Below, in pieces: positions 38,985 to 48,480 of a stretch of 64,000 bases of DNA. Below the pieces are notes generated by a model, which saw only the letters and a list, made by a program, of their open reading frames with translations, was not told where the DNA came from and searched no databases. Every line of letters starts with the position of its first letter. The stretch's first letter is position 1. The position numbers and the translations under genes were made by a program. The DNA comes from a virus: the IMG/VR virus record IMGVR_UViG_3300004180_000001, positions 2,820 to 66,819 of that record, one strand, 5' to 3'.

Positions 38985-39211
38985 GGTGTTTCCTTTAGCA
39001 ATACTTTAATACGGCGATCGTGCAACTCAGCCAACTTCTCCTTGCCTACCTTCAACCGGCGCTCTTCGCTAAACATCAGCTCAGGGTAGCAGCAGCTAAA
39101 ATCAACACAGCATTCGTTATTACGGTGTTCCGGCTTTCCGTTCATCCACAGTAACGTTTGCTGGATGCAGTTGTCGATGTAGCTTAATTGCAAGTAGGCA
39201 GGGGTCACCAC
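38981..39211 (-). CDS. Hypothetical protein
   Basis: Tiled; ECCVDFSCCYP motif. Confidence 0.55.
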   Translation of the reverse strand: MVTPAYLQLSYIDNCIQQTLLWMNGKPEHRNNECCVDFSCCYPELMFSEERRLKVGKEKLAELHDRRIKVLLKETP

Positions 39212-39396
39212 GCCCTCAGTACAACTTCGACCCCACAGTTAGGGCAATCAATCCACTCCCGACCGTCCGACCCTCCAGAGTAATCTCTTCCGTGGTAGGA
39301 CTGAACTTCACTGGGTGTGTACTCTAATCGCTTGGCGCAGTTCCTACACACCACCTGTTTCACTGCTTCCGGCGCATCGCCGACAATCTTTACCAT
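39205..39396 (-). CDS. Zn-ribbon protein
   Basis: CRNC...CPNC. Confidence 0.6.
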   Translation of the reverse strand: MVKIVGDAPEAVKQVVCRNCAKRLEYTPSEVQSYHGRDYSGGSDGREWIDCPNCGVEVVLRAW

Positions 39397-39402
39397 TTGT
39401 GT

Positions 39403-39564
39403 TTACCTCTCCGGAGTTTCCACTTTATCAACATCGCCTTTCTGACCACAGTGAGGGCAGGTTAAGGCCAAAGTCACCAGCCAATCCCTTACTGACCACC
39501 ATTTTCGACAAACACCGCACTGGAAGTGGTGCAAGATTTCTATGGTGTGTTTATGGCTGACCAT
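39403..39564 (-). CDS. Zn-ribbon microprotein (53 aa, below the ORF-track cutoff)
   Basis: MVSHKHTIEILHHFQCGVCRKWWS...LTCPHCGQ; fills the gap between neighbours. Confidence 0.55.
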   Translation of the reverse strand: MVSHKHTIEILHHFQCGVCRKWWSVRDWLVTLALTCPHCGQKGDVDKVETPER

Positions 39565-39567
39565 TGG

Positions 39568-39747
39568 CTACACCCTCGTCCGATTCTTCAGATACCTCTC
39601 ATACCTTCTTGGGTCGTCGAAAGTGGGACGGTTATACCACCACTCCTGAAACGTTATACCGATGTTGGGCATGATTGGATTGGTTAGCCACAGGTAGTAA
39701 AACCCACCCACGAAAACTATTACTGTGCATAGTAATAAATTAATCAT
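39568..39747 (-). CDS. Small membrane protein
   Basis: Start MINLLL with GGAGG RBS; one TM segment. Confidence 0.5.
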   Translation of the reverse strand: MINLLLCTVIVFVGGFYYLWLTNPIMPNIGITFQEWWYNRPTFDDPRRYERYLKNRTRV

Positions 39748-40144
39748 CGCTACCTCCAGACAGAACATCATCACGGTGAAATTGCTCAACGTCGTCAACA
39801 GTCCAGAATTTAATCGGATAATTTTCATTGAGCCAGCCGCCTATCAAAGCCTTCAGCTCGTCCTTCTTAACCGTGTCTTTGGCCAAATCTTCAAGCCAGT
39901 CTTCGGATACTTCGCCGCACTCGTCGCCGGCTGCTTCTTGAAGTTCCTCTATGAAGCTGAGAATATTAACAAAGTCTACCGGCGTAACTTCTATGTTGCG
40001 GCCAACCCACACAGACTCTGCCGACGGATCATTGGCAAAACCCGACATAGCGGCGTCCTCAGGCGTGGGGTGGGACTCTTGATAAAACTCCTCGTTGTGG
40101 CTGTAGCTGTATTTTTCGTTACTCATGCGGGCCTCCGTCATCAA
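39740..40144 (-). CDS. Acidic hypothetical protein
   Basis: Tiled ORF (start possibly 40126). Confidence 0.6.
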   Translation of the reverse strand: MMTEARMSNEKYSYSHNEEFYQESHPTPEDAAMSGFANDPSAESVWVGRNIEVTPVDFVNILSFIEELQEAAGDECGEVSEDWLEDLAKDTVKKDELKALIGGWLNENYPIKFWTVDDVEQFHRDDVLSGGSDD

Positions 40145-40424
40145 GCATGCCGTTTCGGCGGGATAGTTTCATGTATTCCTGGACTCTCTTGCGTTTAACG
40201 TCCCGGATAAAGGGGTTTCCAGGCTTAGATAGGCCTTCCGATTGCCTGAGCATATCCATTATTGCCTGGGCCTCAGTGAATTCCTGGACAATGTCCTCGG
40301 CGTTGGTGGTTTTGTCTTTACGGTATTCCATTCCAAACCGAATAGCCTTACACGCGCTTTGTATAACCTCAGTGCACTCTTCGATAAGACACACCAAAAG
40401 GTAAACCGATCTACTTTTTATCAT
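40119..40424 (-). CDS. MazG-like nucleotide pyrophosphohydrolase fold protein
   Basis: LIEECTEVIQSACKAIRFG...IVQEFTE, an all-alpha EExxE...E motif. Confidence 0.5.
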   Translation of the reverse strand: MIKSRSVYLLVCLIEECTEVIQSACKAIRFGMEYRKDKTTNAEDIVQEFTEAQAIMDMLRQSEGLSKPGNPFIRDVKRKRVQEYMKLSRRNGMLDDGGPHE

Positions 40425-40698
40425 CTTTCGGTCTCCGTTCTTCATGCCCGCACTTATCGCACCAGTACAGATCCCATGGTGCAGTCGTTGCCAGACTTTT
40501 AAAATTATGTTCGCCGCCGTTCAAGCATTCGGCCTTGCTAAGCTCATAAAAAAAGCTTATTGAAGTTGTATAGGCGAATGTCTTATCACAGCTATCACAG
40601 GTTTGCTCGTGAATAGAGCTTTCGTCATAACCGTAACCGTCGTCGTGATTTATTTCAATATCAACCCCGCAGTACGGACACGCACCGTCAGCGCTCAC
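40411..40698 (-). CDS. Zn-ribbon protein
   Basis: CPYC...CDSC...CDKC. Confidence 0.6.
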   Translation of the reverse strand: MSADGACPYCGVDIEINHDDGYGYDESSIHEQTCDSCDKTFAYTTSISFFYELSKAECLNGGEHNFKSLATTAPWDLYWCDKCGHEERRPKDDKK

Positions 40699-40940
40699 AA
40701 TTCACCTCGTATGTATTCCTCGTAGTCAGATTTATCCTTGGCCTTTTTGTAGTACGCCATAATGTCTGAAACCTTGGCAGGTATTATGAAACCCAGCTCC
40801 AGGTATGCCGATATGCGCCTGGCATACCTTTTCCGAGCCTTTCGGTTGGTCTTGGTATTTTTAGACCGTTTCTGCTGTCGGCTTAAATTTTTAAACCTGA
40901 TGCCTTCAAAGACCTTTAACAAAAATAGTTTTTTAGACAT
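40695..40940 (-). CDS. Basic hypothetical protein
   Basis: Lys/Arg-rich; tiled. Confidence 0.5.
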   Translation of the reverse strand: MSKKLFLLKVFEGIRFKNLSRQQKRSKNTKTNRKARKRYARRISAYLELGFIIPAKVSDIMAYYKKAKDKSDYEEYIRGEL

Positions 40941-40950
40941 GTGAGCCCCC

Positions 40951-41283
40951 TTAAAAAGTTACTCTAGCATCTTCAGAAATTTCAAATGTCTGAAGACATT
41001 CGTCGCAAGTGCAGGATGTGCCTCTGGGATCGCCAGTGAAACCGTCCAGCGTAGCCTCGCAGTAAGGGCAATCGACTGATGCCATTCCCACTGCTATTGC
41101 TGAGCAGGTTAACGCCGGTGGAACATACATTGCCCTACCCGTAGCGTTGGCCGCTTTGACGAGCAGTCTCGATAAACTTAGGTCTATGATGATACTGTTC
41201 CTGTCTAATACCGAAACCATGTGGTGATTTGCTGCAACCTGCGCTTCAAGTGCTTTCTTCAAAAGTTCTGTTTGGTTTTCCAT
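40951..41283 (-). CDS. Hypothetical protein with a C-terminal Zn ribbon
   Basis: CPYC...CDEC. Confidence 0.55.
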   Translation of the reverse strand: MENQTELLKKALEAQVAANHHMVSVLDRNSIIIDLSLSRLLVKAANATGRAMYVPPALTCSAIAVGMASVDCPYCEATLDGFTGDPRGTSCTCDECLQTFEISEDARVTF

Positions 41284-41365
41284 CTTTAAACCCCCACTAA
41301 TGTTGTGCTAAGAGGACTTTCAGGCGTACCGACTGAAAGTCTGCGTTATCTATCATGTAAATTCC

Positions 41366-44194
41366 TCACGTAAACATTTGAATAGGAATATTAACCGCCG
41401 ACATGGCCACCATGTCGAGTTCCAGTACGCCGCGGCCATTGGTTGGCATGTGTGGCGGGATAGTGTCTTCTGATACAAAGTACCGCAAGCCTTTGGCGGA
41501 TTTAATAAAGGCATCGGAAGTCTTCAGGCCCAGCGGATCGCCGGATCCATTCTTGAACCGTTGCAGGATTGGGTAAATAACAAGAATGTCCAGGAACAAT
41601 CGATCGCCTTGTACCATGTAATGCCTGCCGGGTTCTATCTTGTGGGTGGTGTTGGTGTCGTTTGAACAGTATGCCAACAACGCTATGTCTTTCAATACCT
41701 TATCCACTTCGTTGACACTTGAGTCTTTAACGATAACGCCTACGTTTGTTTCTAAGTATTGTAAGAAATTTTTCCGACACATCTTCAGGTCTTCTATGTT
41801 GTCCTCTAACAGACCTCTAGCGGGTAGTCTTTTTAACGCCCAGTCATACCCCATGAGGATAACTTTGTAACCAAACTTCAGTCGCTCAGGTAGGCTGGAC
41901 ATTTCAACGTTGTCTGGCAGGCTAATGCCGCTCAGCATTGCGTCAACCTCTCTCATAGGTGTGTGCATGGCCTCGTAAACCAGAGCTTTTGCTATTCCTG
42001 TCAGATCGTCTGCTCGTGGTGACAGCTTATAAAAAGCATGGCTACCATAATTGTGCCCTGATGGTTCGAATGTGACCAGAACCGCCCGCTGTAGCAAAGC
42101 CGGAGTCGATATAGGTTCTTCAGACAAGGTGACGATGGGCGCCGTTATTTTCCATTCGACGACCGATACGTTAGCGCCGTTCCTATTACCGCCGCCAAGC
42201 CTGCCTTTCGGTATAATTTGAGAATCGAAGCCTGCCTTTAAAAGCTCTGTAAGGTAGGCGTACTGCGCCTTGTTTAAGGATTTTGGATTCAGCTCGTTAA
42301 TAACTCTGGGGACTGTAGCCGAATTAGTAAGGCTTAACTGAAAGGGTAGATTGGTGGACGTAGGCGCTTCCAGCGTCATTAAAGCCTCGTTACCAGTAAG
42401 CCCCGACAATCTCTGAAACAAAGCAATACCTTTATTTTTACCTGACCCGGCAATACCCGATATGCAAAGCAACGGGTGCATTCCGTACAGAAGCCCGGTG
42501 TGAGTTTTAAGATGCGCTGCTAAATACCAGCCAAGCACTTGAGATATTACCTTCTCGGAATTTACTCGCATCAGTAAGCTAAAAGCTTCATTGGCTTCGT
42601 CTGTTATTGGGTCACCGAATTCTGTTTTTCCGTAACGAAGCGATGGGGCCGCGCTAACGGAAGCCTCCAGTAAATGCGTATCCAGTTGCCCTAAGCTGGA
42701 TATACTAAAATCAGGTTCGATATAAAAGAATATTCCCTTGTGTGTTTCATCCCGCACGTCTGGCGATCCTGACTTCCTTCTGTAGTGAATCCCTACTTTC
42801 GAGCACTTTGCCACTTTCCTTACCTCCGAAACCCCTGTCAAGGTGTCTCTTGCCAATGTTAATCTCAGCCGGGCAACGTCATTATCATTTCCGAATAACG
42901 CCACGCCGTCGAGTCCTATGATCTCTTTCTTAAATTCTTGCTTGCTGACCCAGGCGTTTTCACTGAAGCTTGGAATGGTGTAAGTCACCCCTTTCTGCGG
43001 CGACATGATCTTCACCACGGAAGCCTCGACACGCCCTGAGTCTTCATTTATAACGGCAGCTTCCCTGGACATGACAAACGACGTTATCGCTTTTTCAAAG
43101 TCAGGATCGCTGTAATACTGCCCCATGTGGCGGTACACAAACAAAGTGTCCAAGTTTCCAGTGCTCACTGATCCATCAGCGACTTCTGCCTTTACAGGGC
43201 AGTTAGCGCAGGGATGCGTCGATACCACACTCAACATGCCGGCGCAGGAAAATCCGTACTTAGAGGCGTACTTCCTGACGTATGAGTGCATGCCCTGCAG
43301 ATGCCTTTTTCGTTCCGATGCTGTGTGGTACTTCTTGCTGGTTGTGTTGTCGGCGATCCTGGCTTGCAGGGATTCCAACCGCCCGGGCTCGTACCCGCTC
43401 CTCACTGTAAAGCAACCAACGTTCAACGCCGCTCTATTGAACGACGTGTTGTCACGCTCCTTTCCTGATGCCAGGTCGTCCATACAAGGCGGCAAACTGC
43501 CTTTAAGCTTGGCAAACATTTCGTCCGTCAAGGCTTCGCCTTTGTAAGGCTCTATCGCCTTGGCGCTTCGGTACATATCAAACAGGACAGACAATCCTGT
43601 TGCTTTTATCTTGGGTGGGTTTCCCCAGACCGTATCCCTGGGCCGGCTGACCATGTCTTTGTACTTATCCGGCGTCAGGGATAAAAGTTCCTCGACTGAG
43701 ACCCTGACTTTGTAGGCTTTATCTGGCCTCAGAGCATTCGGCGGTCTGAACATCCGACCTTTTCCGAAAGAATAAATAACCAGGTCAATGCCGGGAACAT
43801 ACAGATCCATGGCAACCCTCTCATAAATTTTCGGTAAATTTTTCAGCGGCCTTCCTGAGCTGAATACCGTCGGGTCCACAAATACGTGGCAACCCTTTGA
43901 CCCTGACAGGTGTATCTCGATATCGCCATCCGCAACATCGAGTTGTTTCAGTTTATCGACCAGCTCTCGGGTCGATATTAAAGCTCTCTCAATATCCAGG
44001 TTATCGATATCGAAATACAAGCCCCCCTGGTAGCTTATGTCTCCTGAATCCAAAACATCTGGGTCCCCTGACAGAGCCAGGATAGTCACCCTGGCTGCAT
44101 TTAGTTCAACTGCCAGCCTCCAGGGGTGCATTGGGGTTGCGTCGCTGGCGATTCTCCATTCCGACATATCGGAGCTTTGCCAATATCTGTACAT
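41366..44194 (-). CDS. AEP-family primase fused to a P-loop helicase-like domain
   Basis: YFDID, SGSKGCH (AEP motifs I and II), Cys domain LPPCM...FSC...PCANCP, Walker A GIAGSGKN. Confidence 0.8.
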   Translation of the reverse strand: MYRYWQSSDMSEWRIASDATPMHPWRLAVELNAARVTILALSGDPDVLDSGDISYQGGLYFDIDNLDIERALISTRELVDKLKQLDVADGDIEIHLSGSKGCHVFVDPTVFSSGRPLKNLPKIYERVAMDLYVPGIDLVIYSFGKGRMFRPPNALRPDKAYKVRVSVEELLSLTPDKYKDMVSRPRDTVWGNPPKIKATGLSVLFDMYRSAKAIEPYKGEALTDEMFAKLKGSLPPCMDDLASGKERDNTSFNRAALNVGCFTVRSGYEPGRLESLQARIADNTTSKKYHTASERKRHLQGMHSYVRKYASKYGFSCAGMLSVVSTHPCANCPVKAEVADGSVSTGNLDTLFVYRHMGQYYSDPDFEKAITSFVMSREAAVINEDSGRVEASVVKIMSPQKGVTYTIPSFSENAWVSKQEFKKEIIGLDGVALFGNDNDVARLRLTLARDTLTGVSEVRKVAKCSKVGIHYRRKSGSPDVRDETHKGIFFYIEPDFSISSLGQLDTHLLEASVSAAPSLRYGKTEFGDPITDEANEAFSLLMRVNSEKVISQVLGWYLAAHLKTHTGLLYGMHPLLCISGIAGSGKNKGIALFQRLSGLTGNEALMTLEAPTSTNLPFQLSLTNSATVPRVINELNPKSLNKAQYAYLTELLKAGFDSQIIPKGRLGGGNRNGANVSVVEWKITAPIVTLSEEPISTPALLQRAVLVTFEPSGHNYGSHAFYKLSPRADDLTGIAKALVYEAMHTPMREVDAMLSGISLPDNVEMSSLPERLKFGYKVILMGYDWALKRLPARGLLEDNIEDLKMCRKNFLQYLETNVGVIVKDSSVNEVDKVLKDIALLAYCSNDTNTTHKIEPGRHYMVQGDRLFLDILVIYPILQRFKNGSGDPLGLKTSDAFIKSAKGLRYFVSEDTIPPHMPTNGRGVLELDMVAMSAVNIPIQMFT

Positions 44195-44204
44195 GGAGAA
44201 CTCC

Positions 44205-44441
44205 TTAAAGAATAGCTTGCATTACGGTACTGGCATTAACCGACCCCATTACCTTAGCCAAGGCGTCAGACACAGGCACTGTTCGAACGGTACAAAGCTT
44301 GAGTGCTTGTCTGCATAATTCCGCATCGTCGCGCCTGCCTATTGATTGAAAATATTCCATGTACATTGCTACCGCCGATGGCCTGTAGTGCGCTACAACC
44401 GTCGGGGGCTGCTTCTGAACAAGGGTTATTACTTTTGCCAT
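44205..44441 (-). CDS. Hypothetical protein
   Basis: GAGGT RBS; tiled. Confidence 0.55.
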   Translation of the reverse strand: MAKVITLVQKQPPTVVAHYRPSAVAMYMEYFQSIGRRDDAELCRQALKLCTVRTVPVSDALAKVMGSVNASTVMQAIL

Positions 44442-44986
44442 ACCGACACCTCTAAATTTTCCAAGGCGCTTTTGATAGTTACTTCCAGTTCTTTAAGAGT
44501 TCCGTTGTTAAATACATACACGTCTCCATCGCCGTGTTTTATACCCGCTTCAGAGGCATGTTTAGCCATACCTCCAGCAAGGCCGGCTTGATACCTGTTT
44601 ATGTGAATAATTCCACCGCCCTCACTTCTTATCCAGTCTGCCTCGTCGTCGAATCGGACGTCGGAAAATACCACGGATTCCTCTGTTCGGAGGTATTGCC
44701 GGTACGACCGCTTAATCCAAAATTCAGGGTCCAGGTTATTTCTGATTAAATCCGTTCCCAGGAATTGCAGTATTTCCCTTGGCGACAAATGCCAATACGG
44801 GTCGGGTTTCTCTCGGTCGCCCTCGTCGAAACTGCTGCGCGGCATGTCGAACAAAACAGCGGCTGCATCTTTTAGTGGGTTGGCAAATGCCATTTGAATA
44901 AAACTGTGCTGCTGGCACAAGATGCCGGCAACGGTATCTTTTCCTGATCGGGCTATTCCGGTCAGGCCTATGAGTCTTTTCGCCAT
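44429..44986 (-). CDS. Deoxynucleoside monophosphate kinase
   Basis: IGLTGIARSGKDT, FANPLK, PREILQFLGT, SDVRF and HASE. Confidence 0.9.
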   Translation of the reverse strand: MAKRLIGLTGIARSGKDTVAGILCQQHSFIQMAFANPLKDAAAVLFDMPRSSFDEGDREKPDPYWHLSPREILQFLGTDLIRNNLDPEFWIKRSYRQYLRTEESVVFSDVRFDDEADWIRSEGGGIIHINRYQAGLAGGMAKHASEAGIKHGDGDVYVFNNGTLKELEVTIKSALENLEVSVWQK

Positions 44987-45009
44987 TTTATCTCCTTGAT
45001 GTTTATGAT

Positions 45010-45192
45010 TTATTTTTCTTCCGGTAACGGTATGAACGCTTGAGCCAACAAGACTTCATGCCGAACCCTACCCTCTTTAATTGACTCTCCTAACTTATCC
45101 TGGTCGATTACCAGACCCCAACCGTGCTTCCAGACGTGAGTGATAATGGCCGACTTGCCTACGAATTTTTCCGGTATGAACAATTTTTTCAT
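45010..45192 (-). CDS. Hypothetical protein
   Basis: ATGA overlap. Confidence 0.5.
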   Translation of the reverse strand: MKKLFIPEKFVGKSAIITHVWKHGWGLVIDQDKLGESIKEGRVRHEVLLAQAFIPLPEEK

Positions 45193-45560
45193 TGTGGTTG
45201 GGTCGCATATACTAATCTACTTGGGGTCATCTTAACCAGTGTCGCTGACGTTACTGGTGCAAACCCTACGGCTTTTACAAAGGACGTAAACTTGTAGGGA
45301 TTATAAGCAATAACTTCCCAGTTACTTGGCAAAGGCGCGTCGTCATCTACTACATAACCTTCAACACCGGCATGAACGTTCTTTCTGCTCTCTCTAAGTA
45401 CGCGTTGACGTCCGGCTTCTGAAACTTTTAACAGGCAATCTCTCAACAGAACCGACTTTCGGTGAGCTATTACCTTGCCCCTTTCTGGGCCTGAAGCTGC
45501 TCTTAAACTCCAGCATTTTTTGTGTAGGTTCCAATAAACAAAAACCTTTATGTTTGACAT
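45189..45560 (-). CDS. Conserved-looking phage hypothetical protein
   Basis: VYWNLHKKCWS...RKNVHAGVEG...YNPY. Confidence 0.6.
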   Translation of the reverse strand: MSNIKVFVYWNLHKKCWSLRAASGPERGKVIAHRKSVLLRDCLLKVSEAGRQRVLRESRKNVHAGVEGYVVDDDAPLPSNWEVIAYNPYKFTSFVKAVGFAPVTSATLVKMTPSRLVYATQPQ

Positions 45561-45563
45561 AAT

Positions 45564-45965
45564 TTATCCCTCCCAGGTACAAGTTGACCCGGTGTATTTA
45601 ATAAATCGGGCTGCTTTTACTAGCTTACTTTTCGGCGTCGGAGGTAGGCCGACATCGGCTTCGAAAGCTTCGTAAGAAATAACCCAGTCGAGGTTCGCTA
45701 CTTTTAAAAACTCCACTCTGTGAACCAGCCTGTTCCACTCTGAAAAACAACGGGTTTGAAGCTGCTGTGTGTGCGGAACCTCTGGAATTACCAAGATATG
45801 TTCAGGCGGTTTTCGCCGGCGAATCTCCCTGCACTCAGCTCTCAAGGTTTTTATATGCGCAGTAACCTGCCCGTCTATGTCGATGTACGGGGGTCCTTCG
45901 TTCTTTCTTTTGGTTGCCCGCTCTAGTCGAGCGATAAGACTTTTGGAGGTTACTCCGTTAACCAT
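45564..45965 (-). CDS. Degenerate HNH-endonuclease-like protein
   Basis: W...SYEAFEADVGLPP...Y...CTW resembles the phage HNH scaffold without its DRIDN/N residues. Confidence 0.4.
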   Translation of the reverse strand: MVNGVTSKSLIARLERATKRKNEGPPYIDIDGQVTAHIKTLRAECREIRRRKPPEHILVIPEVPHTQQLQTRCFSEWNRLVHRVEFLKVANLDWVISYEAFEADVGLPPTPKSKLVKAARFIKYTGSTCTWEG

Positions 45966-46399
45966 AGGAAAACGCCCTTGTAACGTTTGTTACCGTCGAA
46001 TACCGTAGCGGATAGTTGCTTAGCTTTAAGGTTGGACTTGCGCAGGTTGGACATAATGCCTTTGGTGTAGTTGGTGGCATCGCCCTGGCCTTTGGTGAAG
46101 AACAGGCTGAATCCTTTGGGTGTCAGCCGAAGCCACTTGACCACGTTCCTTGACCATTTGTAATGCTCAGGAGCGGTCAGTCTTTCGTGTTTGTCGTTGA
46201 ATGCCGTGCGTTGGATAATTAAGGCGGGAATTTTAATGGTCAAGTCAGAGCTTACCAACTCAACCTCTATCGGTACGTTAAACAACGCCAGTATTTCCCC
46301 GGCGATCTTATTAGGTTTCCAGGCTTTTTCAGGCGCTACGATCTGGTCTCCCGGCTTCATGGTCAATAGAAGCTCTTGGGTAATGGGTGCAAAGTTCAT
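45950..46399 (-). CDS. Hypothetical protein
   Basis: AGGA RBS; tiled. Confidence 0.55.
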   Translation of the reverse strand: MNFAPITQELLLTMKPGDQIVAPEKAWKPNKIAGEILALFNVPIEVELVSSDLTIKIPALIIQRTAFNDKHERLTAPEHYKWSRNVVKWLRLTPKGFSLFFTKGQGDATNYTKGIMSNLRKSNLKAKQLSATVFDGNKRYKGVFLWLTE

Positions 46400-46483
46400 T
46401 GGTGTTTCCTATAACTGGTATGTGGCAAAGTTATTTATATTACCTCAATATTGGGTTTTGTGACAGTAATTTATTGCCGGCTT

Positions 46484-46502
46484 CTGTACTCAGTGAGTAC
46501 AG
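46484..46502. repeat. Palindrome copy 2 (AGT centre)
   Basis: Exact; extends to 46478-46508 (CGGCTT/AAGCCG). Confidence 0.95.
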
Positions 46503-46513
46503 AAGCCGCAGGG

Positions 46514-46819
46514 CTAGAGAAGACCCATTGCTCTCGCGTTGCAGACGTTGCGTTCATAGCGGCGTTCGCGTTTTGCTTGCGCCAAATTCTTCAACGACTC
46601 TACCGTTGCCGCACTTCTATTTGCTTTGGCTGAGCCCATAAGGTCATTGTCGCCGAAATAATAATTCGACATTACAGATGGCAGCATGAAGGCCATAAAA
46701 GAACTCAGGATACTGAGCTGGTTCATAGCATTTGTGTTTCTTTGCGAGGCCTTGTAAATCTTGGCTTGCTCAGGAGTAAGAACTACTTGCTTTTTGGGTT
46801 TTCTATTCATTTGTGTCAT
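46514..46819 (-). CDS. Hypothetical protein
   Basis: Restart at MTQMN after GGAG. Confidence 0.5.
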   Translation of the reverse strand: MTQMNRKPKKQVVLTPEQAKIYKASQRNTNAMNQLSILSSFMAFMLPSVMSNYYFGDNDLMGSAKANRSAATVESLKNLAQAKRERRYERNVCNARAMGLL

Positions 46820-47081
46820 GTTTAAGCTCCAGGTTGGTTTTGAATTCTTCGTACATTGCAGGGTGCATGATAAGACCCTCTCGGGTCTCGTACACGGTTC
46901 GCATGGGTTTGGACGATATAACGCTGATCTCTTTTGTTTTAACCCACGGTTTAAAAGACAGAAATCTTTCAAGCCAGGGTATTTTTACAGTAATTTTTGT
47001 TTCTACAGGTTCCTCAAGAAAGGGGTTTAAGTAAATTCGCTTGCCTTGAAGAGTTTGTAAAATATTGACTTCATTGACCAT
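46803..47081 (-). CDS. Hypothetical protein
   Basis: GGAGG RBS; tiled. Confidence 0.55.
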   Translation of the reverse strand: MVNEVNILQTLQGKRIYLNPFLEEPVETKITVKIPWLERFLSFKPWVKTKEISVISSKPMRTVYETREGLIMHPAMYEEFKTNLELKHDTNE

Positions 47082-47475
47082 CTTTCAAATCCTCCAAGGT
47101 TTTTGTTAAAGCTTCGATTAAAGGCTCCGGGTCTTGATCTACCGCCAGTAAATCCCAAGGGCCGGGATCACCTCCTGGACATACCCAGCTATCTGTAGCG
47201 CACGGTCTGCCTAGATGTTCCCTAAGTGGGCAGTCTCTGCATTGCTTTTTAACAGCCGTACAGAGAGGGTCAAACACACTTCGCAAAGCAGGGATAAAGT
47301 CGGCTGGACCCGTACCTACCAAGCTACATCTTCTTTGTATAAGTCCATGCTTTATTAAGTTTTCCTTGCGGAAACCTTTGAAAAAGGCCAGAGACGCCGC
47401 TGTAGCTTCAATTACATCGGCGCCTTCGCCAGGCATTTCAGGCAAAAATTCTTTCAGCCAAGTCTCTGTGGTCAT
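47071..47475 (-). CDS. Cys-rich hypothetical protein
   Basis: Restart at MTTETW (ATGA overlap); LC...CRDCPL...C. Confidence 0.55.
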   Translation of the reverse strand: MTTETWLKEFLPEMPGEGADVIEATAASLAFFKGFRKENLIKHGLIQRRCSLVGTGPADFIPALRSVFDPLCTAVKKQCRDCPLREHLGRPCATDSWVCPGGDPGPWDLLAVDQDPEPLIEALTKTLEDLKDGQ

Positions 47476-47822
47476 CCCAGGTCGAACTCCCACTTGTCTT
47501 CGTAGTTTGCGAAAAGGCTGCGGTAGCCAAGCTTTTTCGCGAGTTCTTGGAGTTCGCCGTAGTATGGGTGATCTCCCCGGCAGAAGAATCCCGCGCCGTG
47601 GCCATTCCTTGAAAGCCAAATATCACCGCCGCACAGATTATCGTAAATGCTTTGGTCGAACGACGGCAAGGCTTTGGCGTCTTTCAGGAATTTAGCGCAG
47701 ACGCTTTTAACTTCTTCGAAAGCATCTACGGAAAATTCCTTGCTGTTTACGCCCTCTGGTTTGTCAGCCCACTCTGCTGTTTCCAGATAACTGGCCACAG
47801 CCAGGATAAGTTTTACGTCCAC
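47472..47822 (-). CDS. Hypothetical protein
   Basis: GGAGG RBS; GDIWLSRNGHGAGFF motif. Confidence 0.6.
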   Translation of the reverse strand: MDVKLILAVASYLETAEWADKPEGVNSKEFSVDAFEEVKSVCAKFLKDAKALPSFDQSIYDNLCGGDIWLSRNGHGAGFFCRGDHPYYGELQELAKKLGYRSLFANYEDKWEFDLG

Positions 47823-47823
47823 G

Positions 47824-48480
47824 TTACACCTCCAGTTTATGAAAGTTATCTTGTTTGTAACCCACGCCGTGGACAGGAATTACAATATCTTTCCTGTTAG
47901 GGTTTCGGTTACCGTTGCAAAGTCCGCACATTTGGCAGGTCACTTTCGGGTAGGGGCAAAACATTTCGCCAGCGACTTTTTCGTGGCCGATACGGTACGT
48001 CCTGAATCCCATATCTTTGGCTTGCTCACGTTCTTCGAGAGTGAACACAGATGCCATGCAAATGTCTTTAAAATCTTGGCCGACGTTGTGACGCCATTGC
48101 CGCGTGTACCCCAAGTTACGCTTATCGACAAACATTTCTAGCTTGTCTCTAGGAATAGCCGCGGGATCTCCGTAAGCTCCCAGACGGGTCTGTGCCGGCC
48201 AGTAACCGCCTACCCAAGGTTGGGTCTTAGACCGGGCGATCGCATTGGGCCCCATCCGTACAGTGTTAACGTAACAGATGCCGCCACGTAATTCGCAGTC
48301 GCCGCAAACGCCCTCGTCTTCTCCGCTTTTAACGGCAGCTGAAGGCATTGTCGTCTGCGGGATAATCCAGAGTTGTGAGATTGGCCCTGTCTTGGTGTTA
48401 GCAGACGTCGGCGCAACGACAGCTTTTATCAAGTGCGTTCCTGTCAGCATGCTAAGACCTGAATAAATTATATGGTTCAT
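47824..48480 (-). CDS. Cys-rich phage protein, possibly Fe-S/metal binding
   Basis: NTKTG, VCGDC...CYV, RLGAYGDP, GYT and CP...CQMCGLC; restart at MNHII. Confidence 0.6.
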   Translation of the reverse strand: MNHIIYSGLSMLTGTHLIKAVVAPTSANTKTGPISQLWIIPQTTMPSAAVKSGEDEGVCGDCELRGGICYVNTVRMGPNAIARSKTQPWVGGYWPAQTRLGAYGDPAAIPRDKLEMFVDKRNLGYTRQWRHNVGQDFKDICMASVFTLEEREQAKDMGFRTYRIGHEKVAGEMFCPYPKVTCQMCGLCNGNRNPNRKDIVIPVHGVGYKQDNFHKLEV

